Assembly: GCA_964619725.1 (NCBI GenBank)
Contig: CAZUFC010000018.1
Span: forward strand, 20,111 to 84,110
Direction: 5' to 3'
Length of the DNA: 64,000 nucleotides
From: an uncultured bacterium
GTDB taxonomy: Bacteria; CSSED10-310; CAZUFC01
Part shown: positions 9,290 through 19,157 of the stretch, in pieces
Numbering within the stretch: the stretch's first letter is position 1
How the letters are laid out: the number at the start of each line of letters is the position of its first letter
Program-made: the position numbers and the translations under genes
Notes under the pieces: generated by a model
The model's input: only the letters and a program-made list of their open reading frames with translations
Database searches by the model: none
What the model was told of the DNA's origin: nothing

Positions 9290-10171
9290 GTGAATAGGTC
9301 CCGCATAGACAACGACAAAGAATTTATATTTACCCTCACCTCCACGACTGCTGCGCCGCTCCGCCCAAATTGCGCTGCAACTCCTTCACGAATACACAGC
9401 CGTTACCAAAGACATCCGGAAGATATTTCGACAGCAGATTTTCCAGTCCGATTATGTATTAATATTCGAAAATTATTCTGCGACAATGAGCAGTGTCGTT
9501 ATAGGATATTCACTGAAAAAATACCGTTCCTTTTGAATTCATACTAACGACTAACAAATGGATTATTACAGCAGGCATTACATGAGGCATTTGCTCTTGG
9601 CGGCGAAGCCGGCTCCCGGCTTCTCGAAATTCTGGGTATATCGATTAGTCCGGACACGCTTATTCGCCTTATCCGCCGCTTTCCTGATCCTGTCTTTCCA
9701 ACGCCTCGTGTTTTGGGTGTCGATGATTGGGCCAAAAGCAAAGGACAAACCTATGGGACATTGTTGGTTGATTTGGAGAAAAGACGTGTCGCGGATGTTT
9801 TGCCCGACAGATCGGCAGAAACTTTGAAGAAATGGCTTATTGACCATCCATGCATAGAAGTCGTCAGCCGGGACCGCGGAACGGAATACAGTAAAGGAGC
9901 GACAGAAGGCGCTCCTAATGCCGAGCAGGTGTCGGATCGTCGGCATTTATTGAAGAATTTACGAGAAGCCATCGAGCGTGTCCTTCAAACAAAGGTTTCT
10001 TTTTTACAAGTAGTTCCGGTGAATGAAGAATACGAGACCAATTGTTCCGGCGCTTCACCGCCCGGACAGGACAAACCGGCAGTTGAAAATGAGGATGCCG
10101 CAAATGACAATATACAGGGATTTGAAATGCGTAATCCGACAATTAAAATTATCCTAATGCCAATACAATGA
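9290..10171 (+). pseudogene. ISL3-family transposase relic (in-frame TAA at 9545-9547, 3' truncated)
   Basis: Zn-ribbon region (SRIHSRYQR…RKLFCDNEQC…IFTE). The same frame continues past the stop: ALGGEAGSRL…SPDTLIRL…VLGVDDWA…YGTLLVDLE…LPDRSAET…SRDRG…GAPNAEQVSDRRHLLKN. The C-terminal half is missing. Confidence 0.9.
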
Positions 10172-10451
10172 ATGGAGAGGGGGAGTAAGATTGGGTTATT
10201 TTGGGGCGGGTTAGGGGATTTCGATCAGTCAAAGGTTTCATGGAAAAGTCCACATTTCGGGTTAACAATAGGCAGCTTGCTTGATTAGGAGTATTTACGA
10301 ACAGATTTGTTCTCCCATTACGCTATTATATCCGCCAAGTCGGGAATTTACTTTGCTCCTAAAATAGCAGCATTTGTCGCCCTCCTTGTAAAAACCGCAA
10401 CATATGGCAGGAGTGACAAATGTCACTATCTTCGGAGCTTAAGCGATTTTT

Positions 10452-10600
10452 GGGAATTGATCAAAAATGCGTCTTTTGGGATTACGATTCTACAGAATAT
10501 CCCATCATTTTGTTTCGATCCCGACCCCGATAGCGACCCCGATTATTGAAACAAAATGTCAAACGTTTTTAAAGAAGAGTAACCACGGTTTGATCAGCCC
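10452..10600 (+). mobile_element. Complete 'TGATCA family' MITE-like element (149 bp)
   Basis: Left end gggaattgatcaaaaatgcgtcttttgggattacgatt, interior (CGAnnn)5, right end gtaaccacggtttgatcagccc. Colinear with the reverse complement of 41506-41643. Confidence 0.85.
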
Positions 10601-10606
10601 AAGAGT

Positions 10607-13600
10607 TTACCGTTTAAACCGTGCGGCCTGGGCTCCCAGGAGTATGCCCAGTAATGTCATTATCAGGATTTTACCGGTTGAAGAAAATGACGGTACGGGT
10701 TGAGGTTCCGGCGTATGAGTCACTGTCGGCGTAAACGTGAGAGTTGGTGAAGTGGTCGGGGTTATTGAGGGAGTATTTGTCGGAACAGTAGTGGGCGTCA
10801 AAGACGGTCTTTCGGTGGGAGTATGAGAAGGGACGGCGGTTGGCGTTTTTGTAGACGAGGCGCTGGGCGTTGGGGAAGATGTGGGATACGGCGTAGATGT
10901 CTGCGTTGCCGTGACAGTCGGTGAAGGCGTCGGTTGAGAACTCATCAGGAAATCTACGGCATTTTCGGCGAATTCCAGCATATCCTGTTTACCGTCATCA
11001 TCGGCATCGTCATTATAGAGTCCGGGAATACCTCCGAAAAGGATTGTGCGATCGTCGTTGCCTACTATAATGCCGTGTTGTCCTGTTTGAGGCGAGGATG
11101 TATAACCGCTGACCGCTGTTGCTCCGCTGTAGGCGGTAAAATAGGCGCCGTCGCAATTGCATGTGTCTGAGTTCGTAATCAGCAGGTCCAATGCATTCGG
11201 CGTCGTATAAAGCGGATGGGACGTGCTCCAGCAATGGATATTCAGGGGGGCATAATATTCGCTGATGTAATCGGCATCGAAATGAGCCGCCAGCGAGTCA
11301 TCCCAGTCCCAGTAGTTGATGAAACAATATCCGCCGTTATCGACATAATCTTCAATTGCTGCTTTGGCATTGGGACTCAAATATGACGAATACTGATCGA
11401 CTATAACCAGGTCCCAGTCCGTTCCGCCCGTCAGCGCTCCTAGGAAGTCGGCATCCGTGCCGGTATCCGTGAAGGAGTGTCCCAGGTTGGACAATGCGGG
11501 CGGGAAATATTCGATGCTGCCGCCGCAGGAGCCGCTTAGCAGCAATATATCCAGGTTGGGATCGGCTGTCGGCGTACGAGTCGGCGTATTGGTAGGAGGC
11601 GTTGTTGGCGTTTTGGTGGGGGTTTGCGTCGGTCCCGTGGGGGAAAGCGTAGGGGTTTCGAAAGAACAGGGAGCAGCGACGTAAACCAGCACGTCGTCAA
11701 TATTCCAGCCGCAATAGGTTACGCTGCTGTCTGTGGTTCCCATCACCCATCTGATTTGCACTGCGGAGTGACCGGCTGCCTGCGCGGATATGTCGTATTC
11801 TTCAAGTTTCCATTCAGTGTCCTGCAGGGACGTCGAAGGATTTTCCCACAACGGGGTCCAGGAGGAGCCGTCATTTGAAATCTGGAGCCGGGCATGGTCC
11901 CACCGGGAATTTTCCACTCCCAGCCATCGATAATAACTGAACAGGACTTCGGAAGAAGCCGAACAGTCGAAAGCGGGCGTCGTTAAGAAATATTCAGGCA
12001 TATAGTTGGTATATTCGCCTTCCAGGTTGTATCCGTAAACATAATCGCCCGTGTAACCCGAATCGGGATCGCCGTCGTTGCCCAGGGGCGTTCCCCATTC
12101 CCAGTCGCCGCCGCTGATGCTCCATCCGGGATTCGCATCCATATTTTCTTCAAAAAGGATCACAAGCTCCCAGGTAACAAAAGAATAAAAATCTCCTGAA
12201 TTATCATCCGTAATTTCGTTTCCTGCTGAATCCGAGGAACTGACCTGAAAATAATAAAGAGTGCAATCATCCAAACCGGTCAATTCCATAGAATGAGAAG
12301 TCGTCATTTCTTCATCTTCAGCCGTATAGCCCAGGGTTTCGTCAGGACCGTATTCCACTTTTGATGAAGCGGCTTCATTAGTCGTCCAGGTTATGGTAAC
12401 TGAATTATGCGAGACGTTTGTCGCCTCAACGTTCGTGATAACCGGAGCCGCACAGTCTGCTGCAGCGTTGTCCGTTAAATTCTGGGGGCCGGAACCGCCG
12501 TGATCTTCATCGTAGTAGCGGACCTCGATTTCATCGTTATGAGCGACTTGAAGTATCCCGTCCAGTGTAGGAGAACCTGCCGCAGCGGATATGGTTCCTT
12601 CAAAATGAGCTGTGTTGATTTCCGTTAGGGTCACCGTTTCCCAAATTGTTTCCGTGTCGCTTCCGATCTCGACGTCTACCGTGCCTTCACCTTCCAGGTC
12701 GAGGTCCTCAACAGTAATCAGAATCTGATCGCTGCAGTTATAATAATCGCGGTCCAACGATACGGAGCCTTCGGACGCGGGCCCCGAACCGGCCAGGGTT
12801 ACCGTTGATCCGTAATCGGCAGGCCATTCCGCATACTGGGGATGCTCATCGTCCTCATCCATGAATTCCGCGTATGTGTAAGCTTCATCCATGGTTATTT
12901 CTCCGTCGGCGTTATAATCCGCATCTACGGGAGTCCCATAGGCATCCATCCAGCGTACCGCCGCCGTCCAGTGAAATACATACGTGTCGTAAACATAGTC
13001 CGGGGGCATGGCCCAGGAGTATTCATGGTCATTGGCCGCTGTGGATATGACCCGAGGAACGTCCGAATCCATATTGATCACATCGTCTATAAAACCGCCG
13101 GAAAAACAGGGCTCAAGCGTTAATATGATCTCACGACATGCGATGGGCTCCAGCAGAGCAGCAAATTCATAATCCCATATGACCTCCCCGTTCCATAAAT
13201 TCATGGACGTCGGCTGTCCAGGAACGCCAAGCTGTCCGCTGCCGTGGTCCGTAGTGAAAATAAAAAGCGTATCCAGAGAACCCAGCGAACTTGCCAGATC
13301 GTCGAATATCATTTCTAAATTGTCAAATGTGCAGGCATACATGATGTCGTCGTCGCCGTCGCCGTCAAGATCAGGATCGGAACTCGTCCCCGTCGACTGA
13401 TCCGCCGCCGGATCTGTCCCGTCAGAAATCGCTGCGATTATATGATCGTCAAGATAACCGTAGACGTTCTTCAATGTCTTGTATATCTCCGAACAGTCGT
13501 TCCAGTACCGGGGATAATTGGAATAGGAATGAGCCCCTCCGGATAAAATTACCGCCCAGAGATTATCAGGCGACCTGGAATTTTTTCGGGCATGTATTTC

Positions 13601-14020
13601 CTGCAACGTGATCTGACGGTTCTCACCCTTGAACGGGTCCGGACCCTGAAAACGTATCATTTCCTTTAACATTAACGGAGGACGCATGCCGGGAATCACT
13701 TTATACCCGGACATACCCGGATCGATCAATACATAACGGCATGCATGCTCCCAGTTCGCTCCGGGATGATCGTCAATAAATACGAACCATTGATCCTGTT
13801 CCAATGTTAAAAAAGGGCCTTTCCACGTTTCGATGACCGTTCCCCCAGTCAAAAGCGATGAAGAAACGAAAACTGACGGCTCCTCCGCTTTTTTCCGGCA
13901 TAATTCCCGTTCGGCAAATCTGAAAATATCCTTTGCGGTTTCCGCTTCCGAAGAAGACGCCGCTGCGAAACAAAAAAATGTTGATATAAAACAAAAAAGA
14001 ACCGTCGCCTTGCAGTTCAC
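10607..14020 (-). CDS. Secreted C13 (legumain/caspase-fold, clan CD) peptidase with Ig/FN3/jelly-roll stalk, PT linkers and C-terminal membrane anchor
   Basis: Probable GTG at 14020 after AAGGAGG, with a signal peptide. WAVILSGG…NYPRYWND, His in FIFTTDHG, Cys in LEPCFSGG. FN3 (ITWTTNEAASSKVEYG…LYYFQVSS). Ends PVPSFSSTGK + hydrophobic helix + RFKR. Confidence 0.85.
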   Translation of the reverse strand: MNCKATVLFCFISTFFCFAAASSSEAETAKDIFRFAERELCRKKAEEPSVFVSSSLLTGGTVIETWKGPFLTLEQDQWFVFIDDHPGANWEHACRYVLIDPGMSGYKVIPGMRPPLMLKEMIRFQGPDPFKGENRQITLQEIHARKNSRSPDNLWAVILSGGAHSYSNYPRYWNDCSEIYKTLKNVYGYLDDHIIAAISDGTDPAADQSTGTSSDPDLDGDGDDDIMYACTFDNLEMIFDDLASSLGSLDTLFIFTTDHGSGQLGVPGQPTSMNLWNGEVIWDYEFAALLEPIACREIILTLEPCFSGGFIDDVINMDSDVPRVISTAANDHEYSWAMPPDYVYDTYVFHWTAAVRWMDAYGTPVDADYNADGEITMDEAYTYAEFMDEDDEHPQYAEWPADYGSTVTLAGSGPASEGSVSLDRDYYNCSDQILITVEDLDLEGEGTVDVEIGSDTETIWETVTLTEINTAHFEGTISAAAGSPTLDGILQVAHNDEIEVRYYDEDHGGSGPQNLTDNAAADCAAPVITNVEATNVSHNSVTITWTTNEAASSKVEYGPDETLGYTAEDEEMTTSHSMELTGLDDCTLYYFQVSSSDSAGNEITDDNSGDFYSFVTWELVILFEENMDANPGWSISGGDWEWGTPLGNDGDPDSGYTGDYVYGYNLEGEYTNYMPEYFLTTPAFDCSASSEVLFSYYRWLGVENSRWDHARLQISNDGSSWTPLWENPSTSLQDTEWKLEEYDISAQAAGHSAVQIRWVMGTTDSSVTYCGWNIDDVLVYVAAPCSFETPTLSPTGPTQTPTKTPTTPPTNTPTRTPTADPNLDILLLSGSCGGSIEYFPPALSNLGHSFTDTGTDADFLGALTGGTDWDLVIVDQYSSYLSPNAKAAIEDYVDNGGYCFINYWDWDDSLAAHFDADYISEYYAPLNIHCWSTSHPLYTTPNALDLLITNSDTCNCDGAYFTAYSGATAVSGYTSSPQTGQHGIIVGNDDRTILFGGIPGLYNDDADDDGKQDMLEFAENAVDFLMSSQPTPSPTVTATQTSTPYPTSSPTPSASSTKTPTAVPSHTPTERPSLTPTTVPTNTPSITPTTSPTLTFTPTVTHTPEPQPVPSFSSTGKILIMTLLGILLGAQAARFKR

Positions 14021-14150
14021 ATATTCCTCCTTAATATAATTGAAAACAATACCCCTTCCGCTCACCAGTCAACAAGAGCAGCTTTCTCGTTTCATTTAAT
14101 ACACGTTTTATGGGTAAAAATGCAAATTTTTTACCTCACCCCCCGGCCCC

Positions 14151-14393
14151 CTCTCCATGCATGGCTTTGGCATTAGGATAACAGGAATCAATCGTTGTTT
14201 TTAAAGCAAAAAACGTTAAAAATGTATTCGGTGTCGTTGTCGCTGTCGAATTTAAACTCGAAGCTCATTCATGTGAAATTGGGTTTAAAATTCATCGCGC
14301 ACGATAATCCGACAACGACAACGATTCATCAGCCAACATATTGAGAAGTAATGAAGTAAAGCTTATCCTAATACGTATTCCATGCCTGGAGAG
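14151..14393. mobile_element. Inverted-repeat-bounded element (31-bp imperfect arms) with internal inverted CGACAA hexamers
   Basis: ctctccatgcatggctttggcattaggataa (14151-14181) pairs with ttatcctaatacgtattccatgcctggagag (14363-14393). A third arm lies at 10149-10183. Confidence 0.7.
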
Positions 14394-14657
14394 GTGAGCA
14401 GTCCGGATATAGCATTGGGATGTATAGACTGGTGTAATTTTGACTGGATAAGGTCAAAGACCGGTTCAACGGCTATACGATATAGCTCCGGATGAGTTTG
14501 CACTCTTCTGCGATCATTTTTTGCTTCTGTTCGTCTTGTCCAAAGTTTGACTTGGGAACTCTGCGGCCTGTATTCTGAAATTACCATTCCCTTTTCGGGA
14601 GAAGTCGAATGTGACTGAAAAACATAAAAAATAAACGAGCAAAAAGCAGGTGAAATA

Positions 14658-17600
14658 ATGATTCGAATATTATTGGTTGTGATTTGTCTGACGGTGGTTT
14701 CTGCCGGTTCTCAGGCGCAGACTATCGCCTTGAAAAGCATCGAATTTGATCCAGCAAATTTTTCTTCGGATAAATTACCGGAACAATTTTTCATGGAAGC
14801 GCCGCCCGGGGATTACGGGTATTATATCGTTCAGGCTGAAGGAGGGCTTGACGGCAAGATGCGAGGTGCTGTTGAGCAGTGCGGGGCTTCGATATTGGAT
14901 TATGTGCCTTATGATGCTTATCTTGTTCGTGCGGATATTGCGGATGTTGAAGCGATAGAAGAATTGGCCTTCGTACGATGGACAGGACTCTGGCAGCCTT
15001 TTTACAAGATAGAGCCGATTTTGCTGAAATTCCGGGGTGAAAAGGATTATGATCTTTTCATCCAGTTGTTTGAGGGAGAACCGGTTGATGATGTGCGAAG
15101 AACCGCGGAATCGTCAGGAGGAATAATTGTTTCGGAATCGGGCGGGGTAAGGGAGAAGCTGCATGTACGCGTTCCTGGTTTTGTGTTGAGGAATTTTTTG
15201 GAGATGGTATCGGCGATGACGGAAGTTTCCTGGATAGAAAGGTATCCAGAGTATACGATGTGCAACGACAACACGATATGGGTATGTCAGAGCGGACTTT
15301 ATGCGGGGGAGACTACGCCGGTTTGGGACGCCGGAGTGCACGGAGAAGGTCAGTATGTGGCGGTGCTTGATACGGGTTGCGACGCGGACATGTGTTATTT
15401 TTATGATGATACTCAGGGAATGCCGGGCGGTCCGAATCCAGATCAGCGTAAAATCTATTCATACCAGGACATATATGAAACTGCTAACTGGGACCAGGTG
15501 GGTCATGGAACACATTGTGCGGGGACGATAGCCGGCGATGATTTCGCCAACCCGATCATACATGATACGGGCGACGGGATCGCTCCGGGGGCTTTTCTGG
15601 TTATCCAGGATGCGGGCGTACCCGGAGACGTTCAGCCTCCCGACGACATGTACGGCACGTTCGCCGCCGCTTATTCGGATATGGCGCGATTGCATTCCAA
15701 CAGTTGGGGATGGCCGGGAACTAACGGCGAATATCATGTTCATTCCCAGGAAATAGACCAGTTTACCTGGGAATATCGTGATTTTCTGTGCATTTTTGCG
15801 ATGGGTAATGAAGGACCGGGATCAGGGACAATGCGTGCGCCCGGAACAGCCAAGAATTGCGTCAGTGTCGGCGCCACGCGACCCGGAAGTCAGGCGGAAA
15901 ACAACGCCTCTTTTTCGGCTCACGGACCTACGGATGACGGCCGGATCAAACCTGACGTCACCATGCCGGGAGAATCCATTTATTCGGCCTATAACGACGG
16001 CAGCGGATCGTCGTTCAACTGCAGCGTTACAAGCATGAGCGGCACGAGTATGGCGACGCCGGGAGTCGCAGGAGCCTGCGCACTTATCAGGCAATACTTT
16101 GCGGACGGATATTATCCGACGGGATTGCCTTCCACGGGAGATGCTTTCGATCCCTCCGCCGCCTTAGTCAAAGCCGCCCTGATCAATTCTGCAGTCAATA
16201 TGACCGGTTCCTACACCGCAGACTCAGGCTCCGGACACGCTGATATTCCCTCTTTCGGACAGGGCTGGGGACGCGTCCTGCTTGACAATGCGCTCTACTT
16301 CGACGGTGATGTCCGTGACCTCTTCATTGATGAAAATATAGAGGGACTGAATACAGGACAAACGTCTGACGCTTCAGTGGCTATCATTTCTGAAGAACAG
16401 CCGCTTGAAGTGACCCTGGTCTGGTCTGATTATCCTTCCAACCCCTCAGCAGCGATTAATCTCGTGAACGACCTGGACCTGATTGTCGTTCATGACGGAA
16501 CAGTTTACCGGGGAAACAACTATTCGGAAGGAGAATCCGTTCCCGGAGGAAACAAGGATGAACTCAACAACGTGGAATGCGTTCAAATAAACGGTCCAGC
16601 TCCCGGAGTTTATGAAATAACCGTTTCAGCCGCATCAGCGCCTTTCGGTCCGCAGCCTTACGCCCTGGTCGTGACGGGCGATATAGCCTTTTCAGACGGC
16701 ATTATTTCCCTGGAACGGGACAAATTCGGATGCCAGGATGAAATCGGAATAAGGGTGTCGGATTATGATTTGAGGAATGAAGGAACGATCGTGATTACGC
16801 TGGACAGCGATTCGGAACCGCAGGGAGAACCGGCGACGCTGACGGAAGTATCGCCTGATTCCGGAGTTTTCTATGGAACGATTGAAACGACCGATTCCAG
16901 CCCTCATGAAAACAAACTATTCGTTTCAGAAGGCGATTCGATCACTTCTCTCTATGTCGACGAAGATGACGGTCACGGCGGTTATGACGTACCCAAGACG
17001 GATACTGCAACGGTGGATTGCACCGCTCCGATCATCAGCGGACTGGAAGTTACGGAAATAACCGGCGTAAGTGCGGCGATAACCTGGCAAACGAACGAAC
17101 CCGCCGACAGCATGGTCGTTTACGGCTCACAGATACCGCCTATGAACTCGGTTTCAGACGCCGCAATGACCCAGTATCATGAAATAGTCATCGAGAATCT
17201 TATGGAAGATACCTGGCATTATTTCTGGATATCGTCAAAGGATGAAGCTCATAATCAGACTGTCGACGATAACGGCGGAGAATACTACTCCTTTAAAACA
17301 TTAAAAACCATCATCAATTTTTTCGATGATATGGAATTCAATCCTGCCTGGTCGCAACAGGGAGACGGACAATGGGAATGGAATCTGCCCATGGGTTTGG
17401 GCGGAGGATTCCTCACGCATGCCGATCCTTCTGAAGACCATACGACCGGATACGGAAAAGTGCGGGGAACAGATTTGACCCAGGACGGTCTGTATAACGC
17501 CGGCTCAAACTGTACCCTGGTCTCTCCGGCGATTTCATGTCAAAACAGCGTCAACACCAGGCTCGAATTCTGGCATTGGCTTAATCTCAGCACAATGGAC

Positions 17601-18407
17601 CTGATACTCCAGGATAAAGTATTCGTCGAAGCGTCAAGCGACGGAGGCGCGACCTGGCATGAAGCCTGGAAACAGGAAGGCGCCTATACCTCCAACCAGT
17701 GGGACATGCTCTCAATCGACATATCACAATGGGCCGACGAACAACCCTCCGTAAAAATAAGATTCAGACTGACCTCCAGTCCCCTGTTCAACGACAGCGG
17801 ATGGAACATCGACGACCTGACAGTCTGGGGATACGATACGGAAACCTCCAATCCGACCTTTACGCCCACGTATACTCCGACAAAAACCGCAACGCCCACA
17901 TTTACCCATACCCCCACAAATACCGTCGCTCCCGGAACGCCTACTTATACCCCCTTCCCGCCAACTTCGACGCCCGAAATAACGAATACTCCCGAAGGAA
18001 CCCCGGGACCCTCACGGACGCCGACCATCCCCGCTCCGACAAATACTCCTTCCAGCGGCTCAGGCATAGCATTGCAACTCAATCAATCCGTCTTTACCGC
18101 CGGCGACCGGTTCCTGCTTGAAATGCAAGTTTGGAATACAACACAAGGCTTTGCCGCTGATATCTATACCGTTCTCGACGTCGCCGGAGGCTTCTGGTTC
18201 TGGCCCTCCTGGCGTCCTCTTCCCGAAATGGACTGCCTTACGACATATCTATACAACGGCTACGCCGGCAATGACGTTATCCTGGATTTCCAATGGCCGG
18301 AAAACGCAGGAGCCTTCTTCGGCGCCAGATTCTGGGGCGCCCTGTTCCACAGTCAAAGCTACGATCTCGTCTGTGAACCATGCTGCATCGTTTTCGGGTG
18401 GGAATAA
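14658..18407 (+). CDS. Secreted S8 subtilisin-like serine peptidase with Ig/FN3/jelly-roll stalk, PT linker and C-terminal beta-sandwich domain
   Basis: Signal peptide; catalytic triad motifs VLDTG, GHGTHCAGT and SGTSMATP; oxyanion FAMGNEG; GQGWGRV and NLVNDLDL as in KP-43-like subtilases. Confidence 0.93.
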   Translation: MIRILLVVICLTVVSAGSQAQTIALKSIEFDPANFSSDKLPEQFFMEAPPGDYGYYIVQAEGGLDGKMRGAVEQCGASILDYVPYDAYLVRADIADVEAIEELAFVRWTGLWQPFYKIEPILLKFRGEKDYDLFIQLFEGEPVDDVRRTAESSGGIIVSESGGVREKLHVRVPGFVLRNFLEMVSAMTEVSWIERYPEYTMCNDNTIWVCQSGLYAGETTPVWDAGVHGEGQYVAVLDTGCDADMCYFYDDTQGMPGGPNPDQRKIYSYQDIYETANWDQVGHGTHCAGTIAGDDFANPIIHDTGDGIAPGAFLVIQDAGVPGDVQPPDDMYGTFAAAYSDMARLHSNSWGWPGTNGEYHVHSQEIDQFTWEYRDFLCIFAMGNEGPGSGTMRAPGTAKNCVSVGATRPGSQAENNASFSAHGPTDDGRIKPDVTMPGESIYSAYNDGSGSSFNCSVTSMSGTSMATPGVAGACALIRQYFADGYYPTGLPSTGDAFDPSAALVKAALINSAVNMTGSYTADSGSGHADIPSFGQGWGRVLLDNALYFDGDVRDLFIDENIEGLNTGQTSDASVAIISEEQPLEVTLVWSDYPSNPSAAINLVNDLDLIVVHDGTVYRGNNYSEGESVPGGNKDELNNVECVQINGPAPGVYEITVSAASAPFGPQPYALVVTGDIAFSDGIISLERDKFGCQDEIGIRVSDYDLRNEGTIVITLDSDSEPQGEPATLTEVSPDSGVFYGTIETTDSSPHENKLFVSEGDSITSLYVDEDDGHGGYDVPKTDTATVDCTAPIISGLEVTEITGVSAAITWQTNEPADSMVVYGSQIPPMNSVSDAAMTQYHEIVIENLMEDTWHYFWISSKDEAHNQTVDDNGGEYYSFKTLKTIINFFDDMEFNPAWSQQGDGQWEWNLPMGLGGGFLTHADPSEDHTTGYGKVRGTDLTQDGLYNAGSNCTLVSPAISCQNSVNTRLEFWHWLNLSTMDLILQDKVFVEASSDGGATWHEAWKQEGAYTSNQWDMLSIDISQWADEQPSVKIRFRLTSSPLFNDSGWNIDDLTVWGYDTETSNPTFTPTYTPTKTATPTFTHTPTNTVAPGTPTYTPFPPTSTPEITNTPEGTPGPSRTPTIPAPTNTPSSGSGIALQLNQSVFTAGDRFLLEMQVWNTTQGFAADIYTVLDVAGGFWFWPSWRPLPEMDCLTTYLYNGYAGNDVILDFQWPENAGAFFGARFWGALFHSQSYDLVCEPCCIVFGWE

Positions 18408-18417
18408 GATACTTACC

Positions 18418-18621
18418 TAGTGCCTGTCCATAAACTCGATTGTCGATTCAAAATTTAATGCTGGACAGCCACTTGGGTTTTGATCCATAAACGGGCGAAT
18501 TTATCTTAAAGCAATTAAGACAAGGATTTGCGAGGCAGGGGCGGCGCTTATACTTTGACTGAGCAAATCCGAAGACTGACGCAGTATTGGGGAAAAATTC
18601 GCCGTTTATGGACAAAAACTA
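18418..18621. mobile_element. MITE-like palindromic element
   Basis: tagtgcctgtccataaac…gtttatggacaaaaacta, with an inner arm tccataaacgggcgaattt (~18484) pairing with aaattcgccgtttatgga. Internal ggatttgc/gcaaatcc stem. Confidence 0.7.
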
Positions 18622-18792
18622 CCTAATAACGCGGCGATAAAACCCGGATGCATTTTTATGAGAGAACGCTCTGTTTCGATGGTTTCCCCAAAAAAACGTT
18701 CAACGATGATACAAAACCGAAATTGTAATTCCTTTATTTCCACATGATCGGGCACAGTCAATTTAAACCTCCCGGAAACAAGGAAGGAGAAA

Positions 18793-18999
18793 ATGATCAA
18801 CTTAACTCCGAAATATGTCGTTGACGGCAAGAAGAGAATTGTGGCGGCGTTTATCCGTATTTCCAAATGGGAAAAGATAATCGAAGAAATTGAAGAACCG
18901 GACTACATCATAGCCTATGATGAGGCCAAAGCGTCTATTCAGGAGAGTATTCCATTCGATTCAGAGGTTCGAGAGATTCGAGAGGGATATGAAACTTGA
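18793..18999 (+). CDS. Putative type II antitoxin (RelB/StbD-like)
   Basis: 68 aa, acidic, with KYVVDGKK…WEKIIEEIEE…AYDEAKA…SIPF; strong RBS; the stop overlaps a RelE-like start (TTGA). Confidence 0.6.
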   Translation: MINLTPKYVVDGKKRIVAAFIRISKWEKIIEEIEEPDYIIAYDEAKASIQESIPFDSEVREIREGYET

Positions 19000-19120
19000 T
19001 ATTTTCGACAGAAATTCTCCGATCAGCCCCAAAGCAGTTGAGTAGAATAAACAGACGAGATCAGGATTGGATTATGTCATCAATTCGAGCTTTAGCTTTA
19101 GAGCAGAATCCTTATCTTTT
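18996..19120 (+). pseudogene. Truncated RelE/ParE-family toxin
   Basis: The N-terminus (EILRSAPKQLSRINRRDQDWIMSSIRALA…NP) is RelE-like. The conserved C-terminal RxRxGDYRxIY region is absent or degraded. Confidence 0.55.
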
Positions 19121-19157
19121 AATCCGCATTGTTGATTCATACCGGAAATTCTCATCG

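Noticed and set aside
9545-9547. Programmed read-through or recoding in the ISL3 gene
   Set aside because: The stop is TAA, other conserved residues are also degraded and the 3' half is missing; simple decay explains it.
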